Positions 1 to 11,120 are shown, counted from the stretch's first letter. The stretch: DNA of 64,000 bases from Deltaproteobacteria bacterium (GCA_024639185.1 JAHEIW010000001.1:24153-88152), one strand, 5' to 3'. Notes: generated by a model from the letters alone, not told the origin. A program made the numbers and translations.

Positions 1-3000
1 GAAGGTCAGGGTCTCGGCGGAAGCCACGGACTTGCTGAAATGGTTGAAAGTGGTCGAGCCTGAAATGCTCTGTGCGGTGCCGTCCAAGCCGACCGTGCCG
101 GAGTTGTGGGTGAAGGTGCCGGCGCTGTGGACAAAATCTGCAGATACGCTCATCGTCCCGCTGGTGGACGTAAAGCCGCCGCCATTGATGGTAAGGGTGC
201 CGTTGATATCGATGGTTCCGCTGCCGCCAGCAAAGGTGCCCAGGCTTTTCATGTTCGAAGTGGTGACATCAGCGCCGGGCGTGAAGCTGTGCCCGCCCGG
301 TATGTATAGCTCGGTCCCTGAACCGGTCACGTTCAGGTTGCCGCCGCTCACTGCAAAAAGGATATCGCCATCGGTGGCGGCCCCCTTGGCGGTATCCATA
401 ATGGCATTGCTCAAAGAACCACTGTTGTCATGGCGGGTGATTAAATGCTCATCGTAGATGTCCAGATCGGATAAATTGGCCCCGCCAAACACAGAAACGG
501 TGGTGCCGGTGTAGGGGGCGCCATCGTCGACGTAGACCAGGACGGCATCGCCTGCGCTGGCTGCGGCCACGATGAAATAATCACCGTATGGACTGGTGGT
601 ATCCGAGCCGATTTCTGTGCCGTTCACCAGAAGCTTTACCGTTGTGCCCGACGCGATGGGGGTCGTGCCCTCATCGCTGTAGACGGTTCCGGAAAAGCTG
701 GGCGTACCGGCTTCGGGGATGTCATCGCCATCTCCGTTGCCCGTATCGTATTGGACGCGATCATCGTAGTCCTGTTCGGTTGCACCATATATGGAGTCTT
801 TGGGATTGTCGAACTGGCCTGGATTGTAAGAATACATGGTGGTCAGAAGAATATCCCCACCCGAAAAGCCGTCCAGATCACTGTAGGGCACCTTGACCTC
901 GACAAACGTGTCATTGTCCCAGGGACCGGCTGCGGTGCCGCGACAATAGTCTGCCGGGCTGGAATAGGTCTGGCTTAACGTCGGATTGCCGCATTCAGTG
1001 GCAAGGGTGTCGTCGCAGCTGTAGAGCTTGACCGTATCACTGCTGCCATCGACCATGGCCTCTAAGAGGTAGTTGATGTTGTCATCCAGATCGGTGTCAA
1101 TCAGGGTGGCAGCCTGGGCAGCTTGCGGAAAGACCGTATCGTCATAACCAAAGAGGACAAAAATGGCATCGGATATATTGCTGGCCACACCAAACCGCGT
1201 AATGTCCAGTTTTCCCGGGTTAGTCCAATCATTAGCGCCGCCTTCGTCGTCGACACAATATTCGGTGCCTTCTGCGTCGCACCAGTCGCTAAAATCACAG
1301 TCGATCGCGATGTCGGGCTCCAAGATAGTGATTGCCTTGTCATCAATAGCCGCAACGGTGTCGCCGTTGTCCACCTCGAGTTCCAGGTTGTCTGCGGCCG
1401 AAGCGGCCGTAAAGCTTTTGAAGTTCAGATCGGAAACAGTGATCTGATCCAATGCCAAGAAATCCGTTGTCACGTCGATAACCAGGGTCTTGTCGCTGTC
1501 CTCATAACTGACGGTCGTTGAAACTTTGCCCGATGCCCCGCCGCCGATGGTGGCGGTCGTAACCGTAGTGTCCCAGATCATGTTGAAGCCGGCCGGAATG
1601 CGGATGCGGATGTCGTTGGCGGCCGTGATGATGGGGAAATTGGGATCATCGGTCACCGTGATCGTGCTGATGACCGTGGCCGCGTGCCCGACGGCAAAGA
1701 TCTGGCTTACGGCTGAAGAGATGGTGGGGTGGATAAATGGACCCTGGTTCCAAAGGAAGACAAAGGGCTGATTTTTGTCCTCGCCGGTGTCGGCCTCCTG
1801 TTCGCTGGGCGTCCCCCAGGAGGTGCTGTTCCAGAGCACGTAGTTAAGGTCTTGTCCACTGTCGTCCTGCACCGCCAGCATGATGTTGTTGGATAAGGGA
1901 TCGCTTTCGAGAAGTAACGTATTAGGAGTTTCCCCTGCTCCTACGTCCGGCCCGTCGGTCTGCTCATCCGACCAGCTGCCGGCACTGCTCCAGGTGCGGT
2001 AACGTACCACGGACTGGCTATTTTCTCCATAAGCGGCCAGGGCCTCGCCCGAGCTGCTCTCGAAGGCTACGGCGACCGCCGGAAAAATCGAACCGGTGGC
2101 GGTGATTTCTGCCAGTTGCGAGGTTTCCCAGGATGAGCCGTCCCAAACATTCAACCAGATGTCAGCGGCAGTACCGCCGGTGGTCACCACGCCCAGAACG
2201 ATCCGATTGCTGTTGGGATCGGACGCCAACCTGATCCATGCAACCTGTAAGGTCACTCCGGCCGGGGCTGTGATGCTGCCTTCGCCGGCCTCCCAGGCCG
2301 ATCCATTCCAGATGCGGTAGTAACAGTCGGGATCCCCGTCCTTGCCGTAAATTACAATGGCCCGGCCGCCTTGCTGCTCATAGGCCACAAAAAAGGCCGA
2401 TTGATCATTTTCCGCGGTTCCCGAGGTATCCAACGTCAGGGCATTGCCCCAGGTCGTGCCATTCCAAACCAGGGCGTAATCGTCGGCATTGATGTCATTG
2501 ACCACCAGCACCATTTCATCCGCTCCGGGCTTGGCAGCCAGGTGCATGGTTTGAGGCTCGCCGCCGGTGTATGCGGAGATAGTGGTCTTTGCCGACCAGG
2601 ACGAACCGTTCCAGACGCTGTATCGGAGCATGTGGCTGGCGGTGTTGTTGTTCCAGACCACGACCGCATCGCCGCTGTCCTGCTCGTAGGCCACATCCAT
2701 TCCATACCAGTAGGTTTCACTGACGGGATTTGCATTCAGGGTATTCAGGGACAGCGCCGACCAGGAGCTCCCGTTCCACAGCTCGCCGTCGATGTTTCCG
2801 CTGCTGTCCACGCCCAGCACAATGGCCTCACCGAGCTGATCCGCAGTGGGTGATTCGGCGCCAGCCATGGTGCGCCAGCTGCCGACGGAAGCCGAAGCAT
2901 CCTCAGTTCCAAACGAGGTTCCATCCCACAGATTATACTCCGGGATGGTCGACCCACTCTCACCCCAGACAGCCATGGCAATATTACCCTGGATAGCAAC

Positions 3001-5601
3001 GGTTTTGTCGTCGATGGCTGCGACGATGTCTCCGTTGTTCACTTCCAGCTCCAGGTTGTCGGATGTCGAGGAAGCCGTAAAGCTTTTGAAGCTCAGATCG
3101 GAGATGGTGATCTGGTCGGAAACGACAAAATCTGTTGTGACATTAATAACCAGGGTCTTGTCGCTGTCTTCGTAGGTCACCGTGGTGGAGACCTTGCCCG
3201 ATGCCCCGCCGCTGATGGTCGCCGTGGTGTCCGACGTGTTCCATGTCATGTTGAAGCCGGCCGGGATGCGAATGCGGATATCATTGGCGGCGGTGATGCT
3301 CGCCACGGTATCATCATCGGTGATGGTGATAGTGCTGATGGTCGTGGCCCCGTCACCGACCGTAAATGTCTGGCTGGCGGCTGAAGATATGGTGGGTGTG
3401 GCGCCTAAGCGCAGTTTAGCAAAAAAGGCATCCCGGGTTCCGCCGCGCGACGTATCGTAAGCATTTTGGGTTGGAAAGTTACTTGAAAAGGTAATTCCTG
3501 CCAGATAGGCGAAATTAGCGGAATCAACAACGATGGTCCTGCCTGTGTCAGAAAGTGTGCCGCCCAAAAAGGTACCATAGGCCAGATCCGATCCGTCGGT
3601 AATAATCTTGGCAATAAAGACATCGCGGTCATTGCGTGTATCGTCATAAGCATCAGCGGTGGTCGGAAAGTCATCTGAATCCGTATAACCGGTGACAATC
3701 GCGTTGCCCTCTGAGTCCACGGCGATACCATAACCCGTTTCTAAGTCTCCACCGCCGAGGTAGGTGGAGTAGATCAAGGAGCTGGTACCCGATAGGCTCG
3801 GATCGAACTTGGCCACAAACGCATCCTGGGTCCCGCCGCGCGTCGTATCGTAGGCGTTTTTGGTCGGAAAGTCCAAGCCCCGGGTATAGCCTGTCACATA
3901 AATGTCATCGGAATCATCTATCGCGATGCCTTCGCCATAATCCGATATCGTACTGGTCGCACTTCCCAAATAGGTGGAATATACCAATCCGTTTCCAGAA
4001 GCGTTGAGTTGCGTGACAAACACTTCGTTGCTGCCGTTGTAAGAGCTGTCATAGGCGTTCTGGGTCGGAAAATCATTTGAAAAGGTAAAGCCAGTAACAC
4101 AGGCTTGATTAGAAGAATCAACCGCGATTCCGTGTCCGGTCTCATAACTGTCGTCCCCCCCAAGATAGGTGGAATAGATCAGTGAGGCAGCACCGGAGAG
4201 CGCGGGGTTAAATTTTGTCACAAATACATCCTGCGTGCTGCCCAGTGAACTGTCGTACGCATTTTGGGTTGGGAAATCGTTTGAAATTGTATAGCCTGTC
4301 AGATAGGCGTTGTTGGCGGAATCAATGGCCAAGGCGTTGCCATATTCGATATCTCCGCCCCCCAGATAGGTGGAGTAGACCAGGGCGGTGCCATTAGAGT
4401 TCAATTTCGCGAAGAAGGCGTCAAAAGAGCCACCTATAGACGTGTCGTAGGCATTCTGCATCGGGAAGTTATTTGATTGCGTCATACCTGCCACATAGGC
4501 GTTTCCGGAGGAATCAACCGCGATGCCGCTGCCAGCTTCGGCACTGTCGCCCCCGAGATAGGTCGAATAAATCAGCGAAGCTGCCCCGGACAGGGTGGGG
4601 TCGAATTTTGACACGAATGCGTCCGAGGTTCCCCCAAGGGCTGTATCATGGACCCCACTCGTAAAAGGGAAATCTGAGGATTGTGTGCTGCCGGTGACAT
4701 AGGCTTTGCCTGAGGAGTCTAAGGCAATGGCGTAGCCATACTCGTTGTCTGCACCGCCAAGATAGGTGGCGTAGCTCAGCACCGGGTCGATGATGAGCGG
4801 ACTGCTCCTATCATAGGGGCCAATGATAAAGCCCACCTCGTCAGATCCGCTGATGCGGTAGCGGCTGGCGACAACCTGCCTGCGCCCATCGGCTTTTTGA
4901 TAGGTTAGCGGCGCACGGAAGCGGACTTCATCGCCCGCACTTGACAGCGACAGCACCAGATCGCCATTTTCATCGATGTACAGACGCTGAGCACCATCGA
5001 ATTTTAGTTTGATGCGCCCGGGATCTGCACCGGGTGCAACGATAAAATCATACTCAAGCTGACGCTGATTGCCATAATAGACCAGATCCACACCCGGATA
5101 AACGTCAGGGTACTTGACTTTTTGATAGCTGGGAATTTGGGTGTGCCATTTCTGGGGGTCATTGCCGATTAAGTAGTTGGTCTTGCCGGACAGTTGCTCA
5201 AGACCCTTTGCGCTTGAGCCTGTGTTGGCCCCAAGGAGCCTCATTCGCAGCACGGAACGCGAGCCGGACTTTTTTAATGCCAAGACCGCCTCGCTGTCGC
5301 TCAGAAATAGGGTGTAGCCGGTTCCGCGGGAAAGGAACGCAACCTGTGGATCGGTCTGACCCTGGTTGGCTTCAAAGCTCAGGGGCAGATTCAGATAGGC
5401 TGCCTGGATGCTGTCATTGGTATGAAGAGACGGTTCATTCGAGCTCTTGGTAAAGTTCCGAACTCCAAAACTGCTATTCACCTGCGCTGGTGAAGCCAAA
5501 GCCAGTATCAGGCCGGCTATGAATAGGCATCCAAGGCAGCTCAAAAATGCTGCTTTCCGTCTTGTAAGACACAAAACATTAATTATGACATCAAGTCTCA
5601 T
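1..5601 (-). CDS. Giant secreted/surface protein (N-terminal DUF7948-like domain, SBBP beta-propeller repeats, duplicated ~135-aa beta-rich module); 3' end runs off the window
   Basis: Hand translation: ATG at 5601 with GGGAG upstream, hydrophobic leader, then YLNLPLSFEANQGQTDPQVAFLSRGTGYTLFL and repeated YSTYLGG...GIAVDS...AYVTG units. Bases 1-60 read in the same frame (GSTTFNHFSKSVASAETLTF). Absent from the ORF track, consistent with no stop inside the window; not every codon was checked. Confidence 0.85.
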   Translation of the reverse strand, partial: MRLDVIINVLCLTRRKAAFLSCLGCLFIAGLILALASPAQVNSSFGVRNFTKSSNEPSLHTNDSIQAAYLNLPLSFEANQGQTDPQVAFLSRGTGYTLFLSDSEAVLALKKSGSRSVLRMRLLGANTGSSAKGLEQLSGKTNYLIGNDPQKWHTQIPSYQKVKYPDVYPGVDLVYYGNQRQLEYDFIVAPGADPGRIKLKFDGAQRLYIDENGDLVLSLSSAGDEVRFRAPLTYQKADGRRQVVASRYRISGSDEVGFIIGPYDRSSPLIIDPVLSYATYLGGADNEYGYAIALDSSGKAYVTGSTQSSDFPFTSGVHDTALGGTSDAFVSKFDPTLSGAASLIYSTYLGGDSAEAGSGIAVDSSGNAYVAGMTQSNNFPMQNAYDTSIGGSFDAFFAKLNSNGTALVYSTYLGGGDIEYGNALAIDSANNAYLTGYTISNDFPTQNAYDSSLGSTQDVFVTKFNPALSGAASLIYSTYLGGDDSYETGHGIAVDSSNQACVTGFTFSNDFPTQNAYDSSYNGSNEVFVTQLNASGNGLVYSTYLGSATSTISDYGEGIAIDDSDDIYVTGYTRGLDFPTKNAYDTTRGGTQDAFVAKFDPSLSGTSSLIYSTYLGGGDLETGYGIAVDSEGNAIVTGYTDSDDFPTTADAYDDTRNDRDVFIAKIITDGSDLAYGTFLGGTLSDTGRTIVVDSANFAYLAGITFSSNFPTQNAYDTSRGGTRDAFFAKLRLGATPTISSAASQTFTVGDGATTISTITITDDDTVASITAANDIRIRIPAGFNMTWNTSDTTATISGGASGKVSTTVTYEDSDKTLVINVTTDFVVSDQITISDLSFKSFTASSTSDNLELEVNNGDIVAAIDDKTVAIQGNIAMAVWGESGSTIPEYNLWDGTSFGTEDASASVGSWRTMAGAESPTADQLGEAIVLGVDSSGNIDGELWNGSSWSALSLNTLNANPVSETYWYGMDVAYEQDSGDAVVVWNNNTASHMLRYSVWNGSSWSAKTTISAYTGGEPQTMHLAAKPGADEMVLVVNDINADDYALVWNGTTWGNALTLDTSGTAENDQSAFFVAYEQQGGRAIVIYGKDGDPDCYYRIWNGSAWEAGEGSITAPAGVTLQVAWIRLASDPNSNRIVLGVVTTGGTAADIWLNVWDGSSWETSQLAEITATGSIFPAVAVAFESSSGEALAAYGENSQSVVRYRTWSSAGSWSDEQTDGPDVGAGETPNTLLLESDPLSNNIMLAVQDDSGQDLNYVLWNSTSWGTPSEQEADTGEDKNQPFVFLWNQGPFIHPTISSAVSQIFAVGHAATVISTITVTDDPNFPIITAANDIRIRIPAGFNMIWDTTVTTATIGGGASGKVSTTVSYEDSDKTLVIDVTTDFLALDQITVSDLNFKSFTAASAADNLELEVDNGDTVAAIDDKAITILEPDIAIDCDFSDWCDAEGTEYCVDDEGGANDWTNPGKLDITRFGVASNISDAIFVLFGYDDTVFPQAAQAATLIDTDLDDNINYLLEAMVDGSSDTVKLYSCDDTLATECGNPTLSQTYSSPADYCRGTAAGPWDNDTFVEVKVPYSDLDGFSGGDILLTTMYSYNPGQFDNPKDSIYGATEQDYDDRVQYDTGNGDGDDIPEAGTPSFSGTVYSDEGTTPIASGTTVKLLVNGTEIGSDTTSPYGDYFIVAAASAGDAVLVYVDDGAPYTGTTVSVFGGANLSDLDIYDEHLITRHDNSGSLSNAIMDTAKGAATDGDILFAVSGGNLNVTGSGTELYIPGGHSFTPGADVTTSNMKSLGTFAGGSGTIDINGTLTINGGGFTSTSGTMSVSADFVHSAGTFTHNSGTVGLDGTAQSISGSTTFNHFSKSVASAETLTF

Positions 5602-5701
5602 CAAAACAACTCCCACTTTTTCTTTCTTTTTCAGCGGAAGGCCAGAGGTTCTATTTTTATCCGTCTGTAACTGTTTAGACGCAAGGGCCCGGAACCTCTT
5701 T

Positions 5702-5717
5702 TGCAGGCATCGTGCCA
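5702..5717 (-). promoter_or_regulatory. sigma54 -24/-12 promoter for the giant surface protein gene
   Basis: Minus strand TGGCACGATGCCTGCA = GG-N10-GC, about 100 bp upstream of the ATG, with an AT-rich IHF-like stretch further upstream. Confidence 0.65.
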
Positions 5718-5885
5718 AACAGAGAAAATTATAATTATGAATTATTTCAACTGATTAAATTGTGCTGAGTTGCGATCTGAGGTTCAAGCGGGGAAATTTG
5801 TGTATTTTGACACAAAAAATTGCGGAAAATGGCGCAAAATCGGCATTATTTTCCATTTGAATTTAGTTTGTTAGATTTATGTTTG

Positions 5886-5927
5886 AGGCTCAAGGCGTAA
5901 GGCTCAAGGCGTAAGGCTCAAGGCGCA
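5886..5927. repeat. Heptamer tandem repeat (AGGCTCA/AGGCGTA) x6
   Basis: aggctca aggcgta aggctca aggcgta aggctca aggcgca. Confidence 0.9.
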
Positions 5928-6253
5928 GGGCCTTTTGATTGCGGATTTTGGATTTTAGATTTTGGAATAAGGAATCAAAGATTCAAAAAATGAGCGGCCT
6001 GACGATCTTGAGGTGTGTCATTGGAGTATTCATTTACTTCATCCATGATGTTGCTCAAATCTTCTTAACCAAGGGATAGAAATTTCATTTTTTTGATCCC
6101 GGAAGCCGAACGCGCTATAAACAAGCGTTTGGTTTAGGAATGTCGGGAAAGACAGGTTGATCGAGTGAATTTAAAGGGTGGCAGAAAGGCTGGGTTTAAT
6201 TCAAAGAGCCTAACATCGGTATTTTTCCACGATAATATTGTGTCTATACATTA

Positions 6254-6625
6254 TCATTTCGGGAAATATTTAACGTTTTCCATTTCTTCAAAATCTTGAT
6301 CCTGTGTCCAAAGAACGGCGTTATGGGCGCGCGCGGTGGCCAGAATGATGCTATCCGCCATCGGTATTTTATGCTCAAGGCTTATTTTTGCAGCCTGAAG
6401 TGCAAAGTCGTCGGTTAGATCAATAGTGGTTCCTTGTTTCATAAGGGCTACAGCTTGCAGTGCAGCATCTTCGCCGCGTTGCCGATAAACGGTCTTAAAA
6501 ACGTCGTACATGCATATCGTTGGTACGATTAAGTTGTCGATGTCTATTAGCGCATCAGAAAAATGTTCCGCATTGGGACCGTCTGCAAGATATTCAAGCC
6601 AGGCTGACGAATCGACGACATTCAT
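6254..6625 (-). CDS. vapC: VapC family PIN-domain toxin
   Basis: MNVVDSSAWLEY, IPMADSIILATA, LWTQD acidic PIN motifs; ATGA overlap with upstream antitoxin. Confidence 0.9.
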   Translation of the reverse strand: MNVVDSSAWLEYLADGPNAEHFSDALIDIDNLIVPTICMYDVFKTVYRQRGEDAALQAVALMKQGTTIDLTDDFALQAAKISLEHKIPMADSIILATARAHNAVLWTQDQDFEEMENVKYFPK

Positions 6626-6828
6626 ATGCGGTCCGGCTCCCGTTCGACTTCTGTGTTGATTCCCTCGAGAAATCCGCGCATTTCCGAAATTTCTTTTAAC
6701 GGAATCAGCTCGATGCGATTTCCGTAAACCAGGACCTGAACTTTTAAACCTGGTTTCAAACTCAAAGAATCTCTGACTTTACGTGGAATCACGATCTGGA
6801 ATTTTGGCGATATCGTTACGGCTTCCAT
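6622..6828 (-). CDS. AbrB/MazE/SpoVT family antitoxin
   Basis: MEAVTISPKFQIVIPRKVRDSLSLKPG AbrB motif; start moved to ATG 6828 with GGAG RBS. Confidence 0.88.
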   Translation of the reverse strand: MEAVTISPKFQIVIPRKVRDSLSLKPGLKVQVLVYGNRIELIPLKEISEMRGFLEGINTEVEREPDRI

Positions 6829-7067
6829 CCGCAGTTTCTCCATCGATAGTTTATGCGTTTTACGATAATACGATCGATCATAAATGTCAAGCCGTTCAGG
6901 CAAATTATCCTTCGAGTTCTTCGTGAGCTTCGTGGTTTAAGGAAGTCGGAAAGTCCCACGTCTGAAGTGAAAGAATCTGTGATGGAAGGGCGCTGAATTA
7001 GCGGTTTTAATGGGTTTTCGGAAATGTATTTCTCCGAGGGCTCTGTGTGCTCTGTGGTCAATAAATT

Positions 7068-8462
7068 TCAACGAACACCATCAAGCTTTTGACGCCGGTA
7101 GCGAAATTTATCGCGGGTCAGGTTGAGCATCAGGGCAGCCTTGCTCTCATTGCCGTCGGCCAGTTTGAGAGCTTCTTCAAAATAGGCTCTTTCGATGTTT
7201 GCGATGATGGCGCTAAAGTCTATTCCCGCGGGGGAAATCGAAGGCAGATGGGGGCTGTCACCCGGTTGCCTATTGTCTTGGCGCCCGTTGTTGGCTTTCA
7301 ACCCCAGATCCTCGAGCATCAGCTGCGGGCCCTCGGACAGCAACACGCCGCGCTCGATCAGGTTTTTAAGCTCGCGCACGTTTCCGGGCCAATTATATTC
7401 CTTCAAAGCCGCCTCGGCCGCGGCGGAAATACCGTTAAAGGTTTTGTCGAATTTCTGACTAAATTCCAACAGGAAATGTTTGGCCATCGGAATAATATCA
7501 TCGCGCCGCTCACACAGGGAGGGAACTTCAAGTTTGACCACGGCAAAGCGGTGATAAAGATCGTTTCGGAATTCACCCGCTGCCACCAGTGCGCTCAAAT
7601 CGCGGTTGGTTGCCGATATGATGCGGGTTTGAATGGCATGCTTTTTGGTTCCGCCAATCCGGTAATACTCGCCGGTGTCTAAAAATCGCAACAATTTGAC
7701 CTGGGCCTCTGCGCTTAAATCGCCGACTTCATCCAAAAACAGGGTGCCGTGGGCGGCCTTTTCCACCAGACCGGCTTTGCCCGAGCGCTCAGCCCCGGTA
7801 AAAGCGCCCTTCTCATAACCGAAAAGCTCGCTTTCAATCAGCGCTTTGGGCATGGCAGCACAGTTAACGGCCACCATGGGCCCTTTAAAATTGGGGCTTT
7901 TGTAATGAATCGCCTTGGCGATCAGCTCTTTGCCCGTGCCCGTGTCCCCCAGAATTAAAATGGGCGTGTCCGGGCTCTGGGCGACTTTGGCCACCAGTTC
8001 CATGACATCCTGAATGGCGTTGCTTTCACCGATAAAACAGGGCAGGTTTTCTTTGAGGTATTTTTCGTGCAGGGCCTGGATTTCTTTACGCATGGCGATG
8101 GTTTCAAATGCGTTGCGTAAAATAACCAGCAAAGCGTCCATCTGAACCGGTTTGACCACATATTCATAGGCGCCGTTTTTCATGGATGACACCACGGTTT
8201 CTACATCCTCGTAGGCGGTGATCATGACGATGATCACCTCGGGGTGACGCGATTTAATAATTTCAAGGGCTTCAACTCCGCTCATACCCGGTAGCCCGAT
8301 GTCCAGCAGTACCAGGTCCGGCGGGTTTTTGTCGATTGCCTTGATCGCCGATTCGGCTGTGCCAAATCCCTGGACGTTATAGTTCTTTTTTTTCAAAGCC
8401 AATTTGAGGCCGTTACGGGCCAGGGCTTCGTCATCGACAATATAGATGGAATCAGAACTCAT
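7068..8462 (-). CDS. sigma54-dependent response regulator (REC-AAA+-HTH, NtrC family)
   Basis: Receiver DDE/LLD, Walker A GDTGTGKE, ESELFGYEKGAFTGA, WPGNVRELKN, C-terminal Fis-type HTH. Confidence 0.95.
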   Translation of the reverse strand: MSSDSIYIVDDEALARNGLKLALKKKNYNVQGFGTAESAIKAIDKNPPDLVLLDIGLPGMSGVEALEIIKSRHPEVIIVMITAYEDVETVVSSMKNGAYEYVVKPVQMDALLVILRNAFETIAMRKEIQALHEKYLKENLPCFIGESNAIQDVMELVAKVAQSPDTPILILGDTGTGKELIAKAIHYKSPNFKGPMVAVNCAAMPKALIESELFGYEKGAFTGAERSGKAGLVEKAAHGTLFLDEVGDLSAEAQVKLLRFLDTGEYYRIGGTKKHAIQTRIISATNRDLSALVAAGEFRNDLYHRFAVVKLEVPSLCERRDDIIPMAKHFLLEFSQKFDKTFNGISAAAEAALKEYNWPGNVRELKNLIERGVLLSEGPQLMLEDLGLKANNGRQDNRQPGDSPHLPSISPAGIDFSAIIANIERAYFEEALKLADGNESKAALMLNLTRDKFRYRRQKLDGVR

Positions 8463-10729
8463 CGGGTATTCATCCTTCGCTCAATCGGAAGTTCTATGGT
8501 AAATTCGGCTCCGCCCCATAGGCTTTTACCCAGGGTGATGGAGCCGTTGTGATCGGCCACGATACGCTGAGCGATGTTCAAACCAATACCGGAACCGTCT
8601 TCTTTGGTGGTAAAAAAGGGATCAAATATTTTTTCGCGTAGCTCGACCGGCACTCCGGATCCGGAATCAGCCACCTGGATGCTCAGCGTGTTATTCTTGG
8701 CTGACGATTTGATGGAGACAACTTTGGAATTGCCGTTGGATTTTTCCATTGCCCGGGCCGCATTGGTAATCAGATTGAGAACGACTTGTTCGATCAGCTG
8801 TGGGTCGGCGTAACATGCCGGTAAATCTGAGGCCAGGGATTTTTCGATCTTAATGCCGTTTTTGCGCATCGTGACGGTCGAAAGTTCAATGGCTTCTTCC
8901 AGCGATTCGTTGATATCGGTGCGCACCATTTTGGGTGCTCCGGGTTTGGAAAAATCCATGACACGCTTGATGACCGATTCAATCTTGTTGGAGGCCACCT
9001 GGATTTGCGTGAGGATCTGTCTGACGATCTCCATATCATCACCGCTCAGCTGCTCCGCATCACAAAGATCCTCGATGGTGTACAAATAGGTGTTAATACC
9101 GGTCAGCGGGTTGCGAATTTCATGGGCAATTCCGGCGGCTACACGACCCAGAGACAACATTTTATTTTTGATCAATAGCTGATGCTCAAGCTGCTTGGCT
9201 TCGGTAATGTCGACCGCATTGAACAGCAGGGCCTCCTGTCCCTGGTATTGGAAGCGGGTGGCCCGGGCCTGAAACCAGCGCATTTCGCTTTGGTTGCCTT
9301 TGCCGGTCGATGGGTAGGCGCGAAAGTCAATTTCCACCGTGTCGCTTTGCTTTGAAACCAAATGGGCGTGCGCTTGTTTGACTTTGGCGAGGTCGTCCAA
9401 GTGGACGTAATCAATGAATTTTAACAAATTGTCTTCTGAAAAAAGGCTGTGGAATTTTTTCAATTCAGGATTTTCATAAACAACCCGGTCGTTCTGGATG
9501 ATGGCAATGCACACCGGAGAATTTTCAATCAAATCCCGAAACTGCTGTTCACTTTTGCGCAGGGCTTCTTCGGTCTGTTTGATGTCGGTAATATCTGTCA
9601 AGGAGCCAATCACCTCCACAGCATTGCTTTGCTCGCCGAACAGCAGGCGTCGCTCATCGCGCATCCAGCGATAGGAGCCGTCTTTATGTTCAAAGCGATA
9701 TTCCAGGATATGACTGCCCTGGTCTACCAGTTTGGCAAATTCCGCCTTGACAAACTGAACATCATCCGGATGAATGTGATCGATCCAGAAGTGAGGGTTA
9801 TGGATAAAGTCTTCGACAACATAACCCAGCTCTGCCTGGACATTGTTACTGATGAAGGTGGTGGCACAGTCACCGGTTGGATTACAGGAGAAAATGACCG
9901 CCGGGTTGGATGCCAGAATGTGTTGCAGGCGCTGTTGGGTCTGGCGCAACTCCTCTTCTCTGCAGTGTCGATCGGTGATATCGCGGATGGCACCGATGAT
10001 CTTTTTACGCCCCTCGGCCATAAAACTACCCGCGCTGATTTCGGTCGGAAAGATGATTCCGTCTTTTTTGACCAGGTAGCGCAGCGGGACATAATTTTTT
10101 GATGTTCCTTCTTTGTTCAGAGGATTGATGAACGTTTGAATTTTATCTTTTTCAGCTGAAATGTCCGATACGGAAAGCCCCTGAAATTCGTTTTTAGAAT
10201 AGCCAAAAAGCCTAAGGGCTGCCTGATTGGCGTCTTCAAATTGCAGGCCTGCCGCATCGAACACAACCACCGCATCCGATTCATTTTCAAATAGCTGCCG
10301 ATAGCGTTCTTCGCTTTCGCGCAGCTTTTCCTGGGCCACTTTGTGTTGGCGTTCTAATTTTATGCGGTCCAGGGCATTATCAACCGTATTGACCAGCTCC
10401 GTCGTTTCAAAGGGCTTGCGCAGATAATCATAGGCGCCGTGACGCAGTGCCTGAATGGCCGATTCCACGGTGACCTCCCCGGTCATGACGATAACCAGCG
10501 CTTCCGGCAAGGCTTTTTGAACATGATCCATGACCTGGTAGCCGTCGATGTCCGGCAATCCGATATCCTGCAAAACCAGATCGATGTTGTTGGCCTTCAA
10601 ACATTCAATGGCCTGTCGGCCGCTGTTGGCCGTTAAAATGTGCAGATCCCTGTGGCGCAGTAAGCGTTTAAGATAGCTGGCAAATCCAGGGTCATCTTCT
10701 ACGATCAGAAGGGTATGCGGGTTTGACAT
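8459..10729 (-). CDS. Hybrid sensor histidine kinase (REC + three PAS + HisKA/HATPase)
   Basis: N-terminal receiver, PAS/PAC repeats, AHEIRNPL H-box, [16 protein letters not shown]; start taken at ATG 10729 (GGAG RBS). Confidence 0.92.
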   Translation of the reverse strand: MSNPHTLLIVEDDPGFASYLKRLLRHRDLHILTANSGRQAIECLKANNIDLVLQDIGLPDIDGYQVMDHVQKALPEALVIVMTGEVTVESAIQALRHGAYDYLRKPFETTELVNTVDNALDRIKLERQHKVAQEKLRESEERYRQLFENESDAVVVFDAAGLQFEDANQAALRLFGYSKNEFQGLSVSDISAEKDKIQTFINPLNKEGTSKNYVPLRYLVKKDGIIFPTEISAGSFMAEGRKKIIGAIRDITDRHCREEELRQTQQRLQHILASNPAVIFSCNPTGDCATTFISNNVQAELGYVVEDFIHNPHFWIDHIHPDDVQFVKAEFAKLVDQGSHILEYRFEHKDGSYRWMRDERRLLFGEQSNAVEVIGSLTDITDIKQTEEALRKSEQQFRDLIENSPVCIAIIQNDRVVYENPELKKFHSLFSEDNLLKFIDYVHLDDLAKVKQAHAHLVSKQSDTVEIDFRAYPSTGKGNQSEMRWFQARATRFQYQGQEALLFNAVDITEAKQLEHQLLIKNKMLSLGRVAAGIAHEIRNPLTGINTYLYTIEDLCDAEQLSGDDMEIVRQILTQIQVASNKIESVIKRVMDFSKPGAPKMVRTDINESLEEAIELSTVTMRKNGIKIEKSLASDLPACYADPQLIEQVVLNLITNAARAMEKSNGNSKVVSIKSSAKNNTLSIQVADSGSGVPVELREKIFDPFFTTKEDGSGIGLNIAQRIVADHNGSITLGKSLWGGAEFTIELPIERRMNTR

Positions 10730-10826
10730 TAAGGGCTCCATGGTACGCACAATATCTAAATTGCGAATCTTTATCCGGGCACCCAACCGTAAACGAGCAC
10801 TTCGGACAGCAAACGGTGCCTAATTT

Positions 10827-10842
10827 AGCAGGATTCATGCCA
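10827..10842 (-). promoter_or_regulatory. sigma54 promoter for the kinase/regulator operon
   Basis: Minus strand TGGCATGAATCCTGCT = GG-N10-GC, about 100 bp upstream of the start. Confidence 0.6.
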
Positions 10843-10934
10843 AACCGGAGAACATTTTTTTATCATTAATTTCAGTTTGTTATATTTAAACCCGTATCAT
10901 CCTGCGCTTCGATGACCCGGTATTTTTTTCCGGT

Positions 10935-10950
10935 TGGCACCCGATTTGCC
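10935..10950 (+). promoter_or_regulatory. Candidate sigma54 promoter pointing toward dsrTMKJOP
   Basis: TGGCACCCGATTTGCC matches the TGGCAC-N5-TTGC consensus. Confidence 0.45.
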
Positions 10951-11091
10951 AAAAAGCCGCCTGATTGCCGCTTTGATCTACCAGAGAACGCCAATTGCCG
11001 CTGGGATGGGTTAGCTGAAAAAGGCAATTATTTTAAATAAATATCAAAAACTTTCTTTTTAATTGCGGCGCTGCTTTTTTTCCATTTATTC

Positions 11092-11120
11092 TTGACAGAA
11101 ATTCGCAAGTCGTCTATAAG
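11092..11120 (+). promoter_or_regulatory. sigma70 promoter upstream of dsrT
   Basis: TTGACA-17 nt-TATAAG. Confidence 0.65.

Noticed and set aside
32..5734. Many short plus-strand and off-frame ORFs in the track
   Set aside because: Antisense or alternate-frame shadows of the single giant minus-strand gene
5886..5960. Short tandem repeats as a CRISPR array
   Set aside because: 7-bp units without unique spacers; no cas genes or repeat-spacer structure anywhere in the window
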